A stretch of 64,000 nt of DNA from Ranitomeya imitator. Its lineage: Eukaryota. Positions within the stretch are counted from its first letter, which is position 1. The number at the start of each line of letters is the position of its first letter. This document shows, in pieces, positions 11,588-23,897 of the stretch. The notes beneath the pieces are model-generated. The model was not told the origin of the DNA. It was given only the letters and a program-made list of their open reading frames with translations, and did no database searches. Position numbers and translations under genes: made by a program. The stretch covers positions 11,532,001 to 11,596,000 of the forward strand of contig NC_091286.1 in NCBI RefSeq assembly GCF_032444005.1, read 5' to 3'.

Positions 11588-13794
11588 CACCAGCAGAATA
11601 GTGAGCGCAGCTCTGGAGTATAATACAGTAACGTATGTACAGAGTGACTGCACCAGCAGAATAGTGAGTGCAGCTCTGGAGTATAATACAGGAGGTAACT
11701 CAGGATCAGTAATGTAATGTATGTACACAGTGACTGTACCAGCAGAATAGTGAGTGCAGCTCTGGAGTATAATACAGGAGGTAACTCAGGATCAGTAATG
11801 TAATGTATGTACACAGTGACTGCACCAGCAGAATAGTGAGTGCAGCTCTGGGTATAATACAGGATGTAACTCAGGATCAGTAATGTAATGTATGTACACA
11901 GTGACTGCACCAGCAGAATAGTGAGTGCAGCTCTGGAGTATAATACAGGAGGTAACTCAGGATCAGTAATGTAATGTATGTACACAGTGACTGCACCAGC
12001 AGAATAGTGAGTGCAGCTCTGGAGTATAATACAGGAGGTAACTCAGGATCAGTAATGTAATGTATGTACACAGTGACTGCACCAGCAGAATAGTGAGTGC
12101 AGCTCTGGGGTATAATACAGGATGTAACTCAGGATCAGTAATGTAATGTATGTACACAGTGACTGCACCAGCAGAATAGTGAGTGCAGCACTGGAGTATA
12201 ATACAGGATGTAACTCAGGATCAGTAATGTAATGTATGTACACAGTGACTGCACCAGCAGAATAGTGAGTGCAGCTCTGGAGTATAATACAGGATGTAAC
12301 TCAGGATCAGTAATGTAATGTATGTACACAGTGACGGCACCAGCAGAATAGTGAGTGCAGCTCTGGAGTATAATACAGGAGGTAACTCAGGATCAGTAAT
12401 GTAATGTATGTACACAGTGACTGCACCAGCAGAATAGTGAGTGCAGCTCTGGAGTATAATACAGGATGTAACTCAGGATCAGTAATGTTATGTATGTACA
12501 CAGTGACTGCACCAGCAGAATAGTGAGTGCAGCTCTGGAGTATAATACAGGATGTAACTCAGGATCAGTAATGTAATGTATGTACACAGTGACGGCACCA
12601 GCAGAATAGTGAGTGCAGCTCTGGAGTATAATACAGGAGGTAACTCAGGATCAGTAATGTAATGTATGTACACAGTGACGGCACCAGCAGAATAGTGAGT
12701 GCAGCTCTGGAGTATAATACAGGATGTAACTCAGGATCAGTAATGTTATGTATGTACACAGTGACTGCACCAGCAGAATAGTGAGTGCAGCTCTGGGGTA
12801 TAATACAGGAGGTAACCCAGGATCAGTAATGTAATGTATGTACACAGTGACTGCACCAGCAGAATAGTGAGTGCAGCTCTTGAGTACAATACAGTAACGT
12901 AATGTATGTACAGAGTGACTGCACCAGCAGAATAGTGAGTGCAGCTCTGGAGTATAATACAGTAACATAATGTATGTACACAGTGACTGCACCAGCAGAA
13001 TAGTGACTGCACCAGCAGAATAGTGAGTGCAGCTCTAGAGTATAATACAGGATGTAACTCATGTAACTCAGGATCAGTAATGTATGTACACAGTGACTGC
13101 ACCAGCAGAATAGTGAGCGCAGCTCTGGAGTATAATACAGGATGTAACTCATGTAACTCAGGATCAGTAATGCTATGTATGTACAGAGTGACTGCACCAG
13201 CAGAATAGTGAGCGCAGCTCTGGAGTATAATACAGTAACGTAATGTATGTACACAGTGACTGCACCAGCAGAATAGTGACTGCACCAGCAGAATAGTGAG
13301 TGCAGCTCTGGAGTATAATACAGGATGTAACTCAGGATCAGTAATGTATGTACACAGTGACTGCACCAGCAGAATAGTGAGTGCAGCTCTGGGGTATAAT
13401 ACAGGAGGTAACTCAGGATCAGTAATGTAATGTATGTACACAGTGACTGCACCAGCAGAATAGTTAGTGCAGCTCTGGGGTACAATACAGGATGTAACTC
13501 AGGATCAGTAATGTAATGTGTGTACACAGTGACTGTACCAGCAGAATAGTGAGTGCAGCTCTGTAGGATAATAAAGGAAGCAACTCAGGATCAGTAATGT
13601 AATGTATGCACACAGTGACTGCACCAACAGAATAGTGAGTGCAGCTCTGGAGTATAATACAGGAGGTAACTCAGGATCAGTAATGTAATGTATGTACACA
13701 GTGACTGCACCAGCAGAATAGTGAGTGCAGCTCTGGAGTATAATACAGGATGTAACTCAGGATCAGTAATGTAATGTATGTACACAGTGACTGC
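11588..13794. repeat. 86-bp satellite, block 1
   Basis: Unit GATCAGTAATGTAATGTATGTACACAGTGACTGCACCAGCAGAATAGTGAGTGCAGCTCTGGAGTATAATACAGGATGTAACTCAG; ORF offsets of 86. Confidence 0.97.
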
Positions 13795-14528
13795 TGTCAT
13801 GATTCCAATGGCAGGGAATCACAAAAGGACAAGCACCAACGAGCTCTAGGGTGATGGAACCTGAGCTGACCGCGACCCTAAACCTGAACACACAAATAAC
13901 AATAGCCGGGGAACGTGCCTACGTTGATCCTAGACGTCTCGCACCAGCCGAAGATCTAACTTCCCCTATTAGAAGAAACACAGACCTCTCTTGCCTCCAG
14001 AGAAATACCCCACAGAAATAGCAGCCCCCCACATATAATGACGGTGAAATGAGAGGAAGGCACATACATAGTATGAAAACAGATTCAGCAAAATGAGGCC
14101 CGCTAAAACTAGATAGCAGAGGATACAAAAGTAAACTGCGCGGTCAGCAAAAAACCCTTCAAAAAACCATCCTGTAATTACTTGAACTCATGTTCCAACT
14201 CATGGAACATGAGGAGCAATTACAGCCCACTAGAGCAACCAGCAGCAAAGAAACAATTATATGCAAGCTGGACAAGACAAAAATAAAACAAAACGTGGAA
14301 CAAGAAAATCAAAAACTTAGCTTGTCCTGAAGATTACTGAAGCCAGAAGCTGAGGTAACAAAACACTCTGATAACCTTGATAGCCGGCGGGGAAATGACA
14401 AGAAAGCCCGGTTAAATAGGAAACTCCCAAATGCTAATAGAACAGGTGGACACCAGAGACAGCAGAACACAAATCACCCAGTACCATCAGTAACCACCAG
14501 AGGGAGCCCAAAAACAGAACTCACAACA
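13795..14528 (-). repeat. 3' LTR (734 bp)
   Basis: Plus strand TGTCATGA...CACAACA, direct repeat of 18755-19485; preceded on the minus strand by PPT AAGGGGGGGT. Confidence 0.95.
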
Positions 14529-17500
14529 GTACCCCCCCTTGAGGAGGGGTCACCGAACCCTCACGAGAACCACCAGGGCGACCAGGATGAGCCCTATGAA
14601 AAGCGCGGACCAAATCATCAGCATGAACATCAGAAGCAACCACCCAAGAATTATTCTCCTCACCATAACCCTTCCACTTGACCAAATATTGGAGTTTCCG
14701 TCTGGAAACACGAGAATCCAAGATCTTCTCCACAACATACTCCAATTCTCCCTCCACCAGCACCGGAGCAGGAGGCTCAAGCGAAGGAACAACAGGTACC
14801 TCATACCTCCGCAACAACGACCGATGGAACACATTATGAATAGCAAACGATGCCGGGAGATCCAAACGAAACGACACAGGGTTAAGAATTTCCAAGATCC
14901 TATAAGGACCGATGAACCGAGGCTTGAACTTAGGAGAAGAGACCTTCATAGGAACAAAACGAGAAGACAACCACACCAAGTCCCCAACACGAAGTCGAGG
15001 ACCCACGCGGCGACGGCGATTAGCAAACTGCTGAGCCTTCTCCTGGGACAACTTCAAATTGTCCACCACATGACTCCAAATCCGATGCAACCCATCCACC
15101 ACCATGTCCACTCCAGGACAATCAGAAGGCTCCACCTGACCAGAGGAAAAACGAGGATGAAACCCCGAATTACAAAAGAAAGGAGAAACCAAGGTAGCAG
15201 AACTAGCCCGATTATTAAGGGCAAACTCGGCCAGCGGCAAAAAGGTAACCCAGTCATCCTGATCAGCAGAAACAAAACACCTCAAATAAGTTTCCAAGGT
15301 CTGATTAGTTCGCTCCGTCTGGCCATTCGTCTGAGGGTGGAATGCAGACGAAAAGGACAAATCAATGCCCATCTTAGCACAGAACGTCCGCCAAAATCTA
15401 GACACAAACTGGGATCCCATGTCAGAAACGATGTTCTCCGGAATCCCATGCAAACGAACCACGTTCTGGAAAACCAGAGGGACCAACTCAGAGGAGGAAG
15501 GCAACTTAGGCAAGGGTACAAGATGAACCATTTTAGAAAAGCGGTCACACACAACCCAGATGACGGACATTTTTTGAGAGACAGGGAGATCCGAAATAAA
15601 GTCCATGGAAATGTGCGTCCAAGGCCTCTTCGGGATAGGCAAAGGTGACAACAATCCACTGGCTCGAGAACAGCAAGGCTTAGCCCGAGCACAAACCTCA
15701 CAAGACTGCACAAAAGAACGCACATCCCTCGACAAGGAAGGCCACCAAAAAGACCTGGCCACCAAGTCTCTAATACCAAATATTCCAGGATGACCTGCCA
15801 ACGCAGAAGAATGGACCTCGGAGATGACTCTACTGGTCCAACTATCCGGAACAAACAGTCTCTCAGGCGGACAACGATCAGGTTTACCCGCCTGAAACTC
15901 CTGCAAAGCACGTCGCAAGTCTGGGAAGACGGCCGACAAAATCACCCCATCCCTAAGGATACCAGTGGGCTCAGAATTTCCAGGGGAGTCAGGCACAAAA
16001 CTCCTAGAAAGAGCATCCGCCTTCACATTCTTTGAACCTGGCAGGTATGAAACCACAAAATTGAAACGAGAGAAAAACAGTGACCAACGAGCCTGTCTAG
16101 GATTCAGACGCCTGGCAGACTCAAGGTAAATCAGATTTTTGTGATCAGTCAAGACCACCACACGATGTCTAGCACCCTCCAGCCAATGACGCCACTCCTC
16201 AAATGCCCACTTCATGGCCAAAAGTTCCCGATTACCCACATCATAATTCCGCTCAGCGGGCGAAAACTTCCTAGAAAAGAACGCACATGGCTTAATCACC
16301 GAGCAATCGGAGCCTCTCTGCGACAAAACCGCCCCCGCTCCAATCTCGGAAGCATCAACCTCAACCTGGAAAGGAAGCGAAACATCAGGCTGACGCAACA
16401 CAGGAGCAGAAGAAAACCGGCGTTTAAGTTCCTGAAAGGCCTCCACAGCCGCAGGAGACCAATCAGTAACATCAGCACCCTTCTTAGTCAAATCCGTCAA
16501 AGGCTTAACAACACTAGAAAAATTAGTTATAAAACGACGATAGAAATTAGCAAAGCCCAAGACCTTCTGCAAACTCTTAAGAGATGCAGGCTGCGTCCAG
16601 TCACAAATAGCCCGAACCTTGACGGGATCCATCTCAATAGTAGAAGGGGAAAAAATATACCCCAAGAAAGAAATCTTCTGGACTCCAAAGAGACACTTTG
16701 AGCCCTTTACAAACAAGGAATTAGCCCGCAGGACCTGAAACACCTTCCTGACCTGCTGAACATGAGACTCCCAGTCATCAGAAAAAAACAAAATATCATC
16801 CAAATACACAATCATAAATTTATCCAGATATTCACGGAAAATATCGTGCATAAAGGACTGGAAGACTGAAGGAGCATTAGAAAGTCCGAAAGGCATTACC
16901 AAATACTCAAAATGGCCCTCAGGCGTATTAAATGCGGTTTTCCACTCATCACCTTGCTTTATTCGTATAAGACTATACGCACCCCGGAGATCAATCTTAG
17001 TGAACCATTTAGCCCCCTTAATGCGAGCAAACAAATCAGTCAACAAAGGCAAAGGATACTGATATTTTACGGTAATCTTATTCAAAAGACGATAATCTAT
17101 ACAAGGCCTCAAGGACCCATCTTTTTTGGCCACGAAAAAAAAACCTGCTCCCAAAGGGGACGAAGATGGACGGATATGACCCTTTTCCAAGGACTCCTTA
17201 ACATAATCCCGCATAGCAATATGCTCTGGCACTGACAGATTGAACAAACGACCTTTAGGAAATTTACTACCAGGAATTAAATCTATAGCACAATCGCAAT
17301 TCCTGTGAGGAGGAAGCGAACTGAGCTTAGGCTCCTCAAAAACATCCCGATAATCAGACAAAAATACAGGAACCTCAGAAGGAGTAGATGAAGCAATAGA
17401 AATCGGAGATGCATCATCATGAACCCCCTGACATCCCCAGCTTAACACAGACATTGTTTTCCAGTCCAGGACTGGGTTATGAGTTTGTAACCATGGCAGA

Positions 17501-18588
17501 CCAAGTACTAGAACATCATGTAAATTATACAACACCAGGAAGCGAATCACCTCCTGATGAACGGGAGTCATACGCATGGTCACTTGTGTCCAGTTCTGAG
17601 GTTTATTCATAGCCAAAGGTGTAGAGTCAATTTCCTTCAAAGGAATAGGGACTTCCAGAGGCTCAAGACTAAACCCACAGCGATTGGCAAATGACCAATC
17701 CATAAGACTCAGGGCAGCGCCTGAATCTACATAGGCATCGACGGAAATGGATGATAATGAACAAATCAGAGTCACAGACAGAATGAACTTAGACTGTAAC
17801 GTACTAATGGCAACAGACTTATCAACCTTTTTTGTGCGTTTAGAGCATGCTGATATAACATGAGCTGAATCACCACAATAAAAGCACAACCCATTTTTCC
17901 GCCTATAGTTTTGCCGTTCACTTCTAGACTGAACTCTATCACATTGCATTGTCTCAAGTGCCTGTTCAGAAGACACCGCCAAATGGTGCACAGGTTTGCG
18001 CTCCCGTAAACGCCGATCAATCTGAATAGCCATAGTCATAGACTCATTCAGACCCGTAGGCGCAGGGAACCCCACCATAACATCTTTAATGGCCTCAGAA
18101 AGGCCATCTCTGAACTTTGCAGCCAGGGCGCACTCATTCCACTGAGTAAGCACGGACCATTTCCGAAATTTTTGACAATATATTTCTGCTTCATCTTGCC
18201 CCTGAGAGAGAGCTAATAAAGCTTTTTCAGCCTGAATCTCCTGGTTAGGTTCCTCATAGAGCAAACCCAATGCCAGAAAAAACGCATCCACATTAAGCAA
18301 CACAGGATCCCCTGGTGCCAATGCAAATGCCCAATTTTGAGGGTCACCCCGCAGGAAAGATATAATAATCTTAACCTGCTGAGCAGGGTCTCCAGAAGAG
18401 CGAGATTTCAAAGAAAGGAACAGCTTGCAATTGTTCCTAAAATTCAGAAAACTGGATCTATCTCCAGAAAAAAACTCTGGAATAGGAATTCTAGGTTCAG
18501 ACATAGGAGCATGTACAACAAAATCTTGTATATTTTGAACCTTAGTAGCAAGATTATTCAAGCTGGAAGCTAAACTCTGGACGTCCAT
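14521..18588 (-). CDS. Gag-Pol polyprotein, 1355 aa: Gag, CCHC knuckle, protease, RT, RNase H, integrase, chromodomain
   Basis: CFYCGDSAHVISAC; DSGA protease; YLDD RT; DAS/RELLA/TDH/ADALSR RNase H; HHCC plus D,D35E integrase with GPY motif; YVVEKILDSR...YLVKWKGY chromodomain. Confidence 0.97.
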   Translation of the reverse strand: MDVQSLASSLNNLATKVQNIQDFVVHAPMSEPRIPIPEFFSGDRSSFLNFRNNCKLFLSLKSRSSGDPAQQVKIIISFLRGDPQNWAFALAPGDPVLLNVDAFFLALGLLYEEPNQEIQAEKALLALSQGQDEAEIYCQKFRKWSVLTQWNECALAAKFRDGLSEAIKDVMVGFPAPTGLNESMTMAIQIDRRLRERKPVHHLAVSSEQALETMQCDRVQSRSERQNYRRKNGLCFYCGDSAHVISACSKRTKKVDKSVAISTLQSKFILSVTLICSLSSISVDAYVDSGAALSLMDWSFANRCGFSLEPLEVPIPLKEIDSTPLAMNKPQNWTQVTMRMTPVHQEVIRFLVLYNLHDVLVLGLPWLQTHNPVLDWKTMSVLSWGCQGVHDDASPISIASSTPSEVPVFLSDYRDVFEEPKLSSLPPHRNCDCAIDLIPGSKFPKGRLFNLSVPEHIAMRDYVKESLEKGHIRPSSSPLGAGFFFVAKKDGSLRPCIDYRLLNKITVKYQYPLPLLTDLFARIKGAKWFTKIDLRGAYSLIRIKQGDEWKTAFNTPEGHFEYLVMPFGLSNAPSVFQSFMHDIFREYLDKFMIVYLDDILFFSDDWESHVQQVRKVFQVLRANSLFVKGSKCLFGVQKISFLGYIFSPSTIEMDPVKVRAICDWTQPASLKSLQKVLGFANFYRRFITNFSSVVKPLTDLTKKGADVTDWSPAAVEAFQELKRRFSSAPVLRQPDVSLPFQVEVDASEIGAGAVLSQRGSDCSVIKPCAFFSRKFSPAERNYDVGNRELLAMKWAFEEWRHWLEGARHRVVVLTDHKNLIYLESARRLNPRQARWSLFFSRFNFVVSYLPGSKNVKADALSRSFVPDSPGNSEPTGILRDGVILSAVFPDLRRALQEFQAGKPDRCPPERLFVPDSWTSRVISEVHSSALAGHPGIFGIRDLVARSFWWPSLSRDVRSFVQSCEVCARAKPCCSRASGLLSPLPIPKRPWTHISMDFISDLPVSQKMSVIWVVCDRFSKMVHLVPLPKLPSSSELVPLVFQNVVRLHGIPENIVSDMGSQFVSRFWRTFCAKMGIDLSFSSAFHPQTNGQTERTNQTLETYLRCFVSADQDDWVTFLPLAEFALNNRASSATLVSPFFCNSGFHPRFSSGQVEPSDCPGVDMVVDGLHRIWSHVVDNLKLSQEKAQQFANRRRRVGPRLRVGDLVWLSSRFVPMKVSSPKFKPRFIGPYRILEILNPVSFRLDLPASFAIHNVFHRSLLRRYEVPVVPSLEPPAPVLVEGELEYVVEKILDSRVSRRKLQYLVKWKGYGEENNSWVVASDVHADDLVRAFHRAHPGRPGGSREGSVTPPQGGVLL

Positions 18589-18754
18589 GATAAACAGCTA
18601 AGGTCAGAGCCATTCAAGGATTAAGAGGAGGAAAAAAAAAAAAAAATCAGCCAGGCTGCAATTAAGGCTAGGCAGCAACCTCAGAGGAGAGAAAAAAAAC
18701 TTCCTCAGACTACTTTTCCTCCTACTTCAGCCCAAACATTTTGGCCGGCTATAC

Positions 18755-19485
18755 TGTCATGATTCCAATGGCAGGGAATCACAAAAGGACAAGCACCAAC
18801 GAGCTCTAGGGTGATGGAACCTGAGCTGACCGCGACCCTAAACCTGAACACACAAATAACAATAGCCCGGGAACGTGCCTACGTTGATCCTAGACGTCTC
18901 GCACCAGCCGAAGATCTAACTTCCCCTATTAGAAGAAACACAGACCTCTCTTGCCTCCAGAGAAATACCCCACAGAAATAGCAGCCCCCCACATATAATG
19001 ACGGTGAAATGAGAGGAAGGCACATACACAGTATGAAAACAGATTCAGCAAAATGAGGCCCACTAAAACTAGATAGAGGATACAAAAGTAAACTGCGCGG
19101 TCAGCAAAAAACCCTTCAAAAAACCATCCTGTAATTACTTGAACTCATGTTCCAACTCATGGAACATGAGGAGCAATTACAGCCCACTAGAGCAACCAGC
19201 AGCAAAGAAACAATTATATGCAAGCTGGACAAGACAAAAATAAAACAAAACGTGGAACAAGAAAATCAAAAACTTAGCTTGTCCTGAAGATTACTGAAGC
19301 CAGAAGCTGAGGTAACAAAACACTCTGATAACCTTGATAGCCGGCGGGGAAATGACAAGAAAGCCCGGTTAAATAGGAAACTCCCAAATGCTAATAGAAC
19401 AGGTGGACACCAGAGACAGCAGAACACAAATCACCCAGTACCATCAGTAACCACCAGAGGGAGCCCAAAAACAGAACTCACAACA
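18755..19485 (-). repeat. 5' LTR (731 bp)
   Basis: Direct repeat of 13795-14528; by eye at least 3 substitutions and one 3-bp indel; TATA-like TATTTAA on the minus strand near 19369-19375. Confidence 0.95.
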
Positions 19486-19520
19486 GACTGCACCAGCAGA
19501 ATAGTGAGCGCAGCTCTGGA

Positions 19521-21852
19521 GTAACATAGTAACATAGTAACATAGTTAGTAAGGCCGAAAAAAGACATTTGTCCATCCAGTTCAGCCTATATTCCATTAT
19601 AATAAATACCAGATCTACGTCCTTCTACAGAACCTAATAATTGTATGATACAATATTGTTCTGCTCCAGGAAGACATCCAGGCCTCTCTTGAACCCCTCG
19701 ACTGAGTTCGCCATCACCACCTCCTCAGGCAAGCAATTCCAGATTCTCACTGCCCTAACAGTAAAGAATCCTCTTCTATGTTGGTGGAAAAACCTTCTCT
19801 CCTCCAGACGCAAAGAATGCCCCCTTGTGCCCGTCACCTTCCTTGGTATAAACAGATCCTCAGCGAGATATTTGTATTGTCCCCTTATATACTTATACAT
19901 GGTTATTAGATCGCCCCTCAGTCGTCTTTTTTCTAGACTAAATAATCCTAATTTCGCTAATCTATCTGGGTATTGTAGTTCTCCCATCCCCTTTATTAAT
20001 TTTGTTGCCCTCCTTTGTACTCTCTCTAGTTCCATTATATCCTTCCTGAGCACCGGTGCCCAAAACTGGACACAGTACTCCATGTGCGGTCTAACTAGGG
20101 ATTTGTACAGAGGCAGTATAATGCTCTCATCATGTGTATCCAGACCTCTTTTAATGCACCCCATGATCCTGTTTGCCTTGGCAGCTGCTGCCTGGCACTG
20201 GCTGCTCCAGGTAAGTTTATCATTAACTAGGATCCCCAAGTCCTTCTCCCTGTCAGATTTACCCAGTGGTTTCCCGTTCAGTGTGTAATGGTGATATTGA
20301 TTCCTTCTTCCCATGTGTATAACCTTACATTTATCATTGTTAAACCTCATCTGCCACCTTTCAGCCCAAGTTTCCAACTTATCCAGATCCATCTGTAGCA
20401 GAATACTATCTTCTCTTGTATTAACTGCTTTACATAGTTTTGTATCATCTGCAAATATCGATATTTTACTGTGTAAACCTTCTACCAGATCATTAATGAA
20501 TATGTTGAAGAGAACAGGTCCCAATACTGACCCCTGCGGTACCACTGGTCACAGCGACCCAGTTAGAGACTATACCATTTATAACCACCCTCTGCTTTCT
20601 ATCACTAAGCCAGTTACTAACCCATTTACACACATTTTCCCCCAGACCAAGCATTCTCATTTTGTGTACCAACCTCTTGTGCGGCACGGTATCAAACGCT
20701 TTGGAAAAATCGAGATATACCACATCCAATGACTCACCGTGGTCCAGCCTGTAGCTTACCTCTTCATAAAAACTGATTAGATTGGTTTGACAGGAGCGAT
20801 TTCTCATAAACCCATGCTGATATGGAGTTAAACAGTTATTCTCATTGAGATAATCCAGAATAACATCCCTCAGAAACCCTTCAAATATTTTACCAACAAT
20901 AGAGGTTAGACTTACTGGCCTATAATTTCCAGGTTCACTTTTAGAGCCCTTTTTGAATATTGGCACCACATTTGCTATGCGCCAGTCCTGCGGAACAGAC
21001 CCTGTCGCTATAGAGTCCCTAAAAATAAGAAATAATGGTTTATCTATTACATTACTTAGTTCTCTTAGTACTCGTGGGTGTATGCCATCCGGACCCGGAG
21101 ATTTATCTATTTTAATCTTATTTAGCCGGTTTCGCACCTCTTCTTGGGTTAGATTGGTGACCCTTAATATAGGGTTTTCATTGTTTCTTGGGATTTCACC
21201 TAGCATTTCATTTTCCACCGTGAATACCGTGGAGAAGAAGGTGTTTAATATGTTAGCTTTTTCCTCGTCATCTACAACCATTCTTTCCTCACTATTTTTT
21301 AAGGGGCCTACATTTTCAGTTTTTATTCTTTTACTATTGATATAGTTGAAGAACAGTTTGGGATTAGTTTTACTCTCCTTAGCAATGTGCTTCTCTGTTT
21401 CCTTTTTGGTAGCTTTAATTAGTTTTTTAGATAAAGTATTTTTCTCCCTATAGTTTTTTAGAGCTTCAATGGTGCCATCCTGCTTAAGTAGTGCAAATGC
21501 TTTCTTTTTACTGTTAATTGCCTGTCTTACTTCTTTGTTTAGCCACATTGGGTTTTTCCTATTTCTAGTCCTTTTATTCCCACAAGGTATAAACCGCTTA
21601 CACTGCCTATTTAGGATGTTCTTAAACATTTCCCATTTATTATCTGTATTCTCATTTCTGAGGATATTGTCCCAGTCTACCAGATTAAGGGCATCTCTAA
21701 GCTGTTCAAACTTTGCCTTCCAAAAGTTCAATGTTTTTGTGACTCCCTGACAAGTCCCCCTAGTGAAAGACAGGTGAAACTGTACAATATTGTGGTCGCT
21801 ATTTCCTAGATGCCCGACCACCTGCAGATTTGTTATTCTGTCAGGTCTATTA
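19521..21852 (-). mobile_element. 5'-truncated CR1 LINE (end of the endonuclease domain, RT, 3' UTR, (CTATGTTA)n tail)
   Basis: PGNYRPVSLTS, YLDFSKAFDTVPH, PQGSVLGP, FADDTKL motifs; 8-bp repeat tail at 19521-19546; 2-bp deletion frameshift near 20542. Confidence 0.96.
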
Positions 21853-23867
21853 TACAGAGTATAATACAGGATGTAACTCAGGATCAGTAATGTAATATAT
21901 GTATACAGTGACTGCACCAGCAGAATAGTGAGTGCAGCTCTGGGGTATAATACAGGATGTCACTCAGGATCAGTAATGTAATGTATGTACACAGTGACTG
22001 CACCAGCAGAATAGTGAGTGCAGCTCTGGGGTATAATACAGGATGTCACTCAGGATCAGTAATGTATTGTATGTACACAGTGACTGCACCAGCAGAATAG
22101 TGAGTGCAGCTCTGGGGTATAATTCAAGATGTCACTTAGGATCAGTAATGTAATGTATGTACACAGTGACTGCACCAGCAGAATAGTGAGTGCAGCTCTG
22201 GAGTATAATACACGATGTAACTAAGGATCAGTAATGTAATGTATGTACACAGTGACTGCACCAGCAGAATAGTGAGTGCAGCTCTGGGGTATAATACAGG
22301 ATGTCACTCAGGATCAGTAATGTATGTACACAGTGACTGCACCAGCAGAATAGTGAGTGCAGCTCTGCGGTATAATACAGGAGGTAACTCAGGATCAGTA
22401 ATGTAATGAATGTACACAGTGACTGCACTAGCAGAATAGTGAGTGCAGCTCTGGAGTATAATACAGGAGGTAACTCAGGATCAGTAATGTAATGTATGTA
22501 CACAGTGACTGCACCAGCAGAATAGTGAGTGCAGCTCTGGGGTATAATACAGGAGGTAACTCAGGATCAGTAATGTAATGTATGTACACAGTGACTGCAC
22601 TAGCAGAATAGTGAGTGCAGCTCTGGGGTATAATGCAGGAGGTAACTCAGGATCAGTAATGTAATGTATGTACACAGTGACTGCACCCGCAGAATAGTGA
22701 GTGCAGCTCTGGGGTATAATGCAGGAGGTAACTCAGGATCAGTAATGTAATGTATGTACACAGTGACTGCACCCGCAGAATAGTGAGTGCAGCTCTAGAG
22801 TATAATACAGGAGGTAACTCAGGATCAGTAATGTAATGTATGTACACAGTGACTGCACTAGCAGAATAGTGAGTGCAGCTCTGGGGTATAATGCAGGAGG
22901 TAACTCAGGATCAGTAATGTAATGTATGTACACAGTGACTGCACCCGCAGAATAGTGAGTGCAGCTCTGGAGTATAATACAGGATGTAACTCAGGATCAG
23001 TAATGTATGTACACAGTGACTGCACCAGCAGAATAGTGAGTGCAGCTCTGGAGTATAATACAGAAGGTAACTCAGGATCAGTAATGTAATGTACGTACAT
23101 TGTGACTGCACCAGCAGAATAGTGAGTGCAGCTCTGGGGTACAATACAGGATGTAACTCAGGATCAGTAATGTAATGTATGTACACAGTGACTGCACCAG
23201 CAGAATAGTGAGTGCAGCTCTGGGGTATAATACAGGAGGTAACTCAGGATCAGTAATGTAATGTATGTACACAGTGACTGCACTAGCAGAATAGTGAGTG
23301 CAGCTCTGGGGTATAATGCAGGAGGTAACTCAGGATCAGTAATGTAATGTATGTACACAGTGACTGCTCCCGCAGAATAGTGAGTGCAGCTCTGGAGTAT
23401 AATACAGGATGTAACTCAGGATCAGTAATGTATGTACACAGTGACTGCACCAGCAGAATAGTGAGTGCAGCTCTGGAGTATAATACAGAAGGTAACTCAG
23501 GATCAGTAATGTAATGTACGTACATTGTGACTGCACCAGCAGAATAGTGAGTGCAGCTCTGGGGTACAATACAGGATGTAACTCAGGATCAGTAATGTAA
23601 TGTATGTACACAGTGACTGCACCAGCAGAATAGTGAGTGCAGCCCTGGAGTATAATACAGGATGTAACTCAGGATCAGTAATGTAATGTATGTACACAGT
23701 GACTGCACCAGGAGAATAGTGAGTGCAGCTCTGGGGTACAATACAGGATGTAACTCAGGATCAGTAATGTAATGTATGTACACAGTGACTGCACCAGCAG
23801 AATAGTGAGTGCAGCTCTGGAGTATAATACAGGATGTAACTCAGGATCAGTAATGTAATGTATGTAC
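21853..23867. repeat. 86-bp satellite, block 2 (between the two CR1 copies)
   Basis: Same unit as block 1; contains a 425-bp higher-order duplication. Confidence 0.96.
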
Positions 23868-23897
23868 GTATTACAGTATTACAGTAATGTAATGTAT

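Larger units (their letters stand above)
13795..19485 (-). mobile_element. Full-length Ty3/Gypsy chromovirus-type LTR retrotransposon (Tf1/sushi group)
   Basis: Two near-identical TG...CA LTRs (13795-14528, 18755-19485), PPT at 14531-14540, single gag-pol ORF, GACTGC duplicated on both flanks. Confidence 0.97.
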
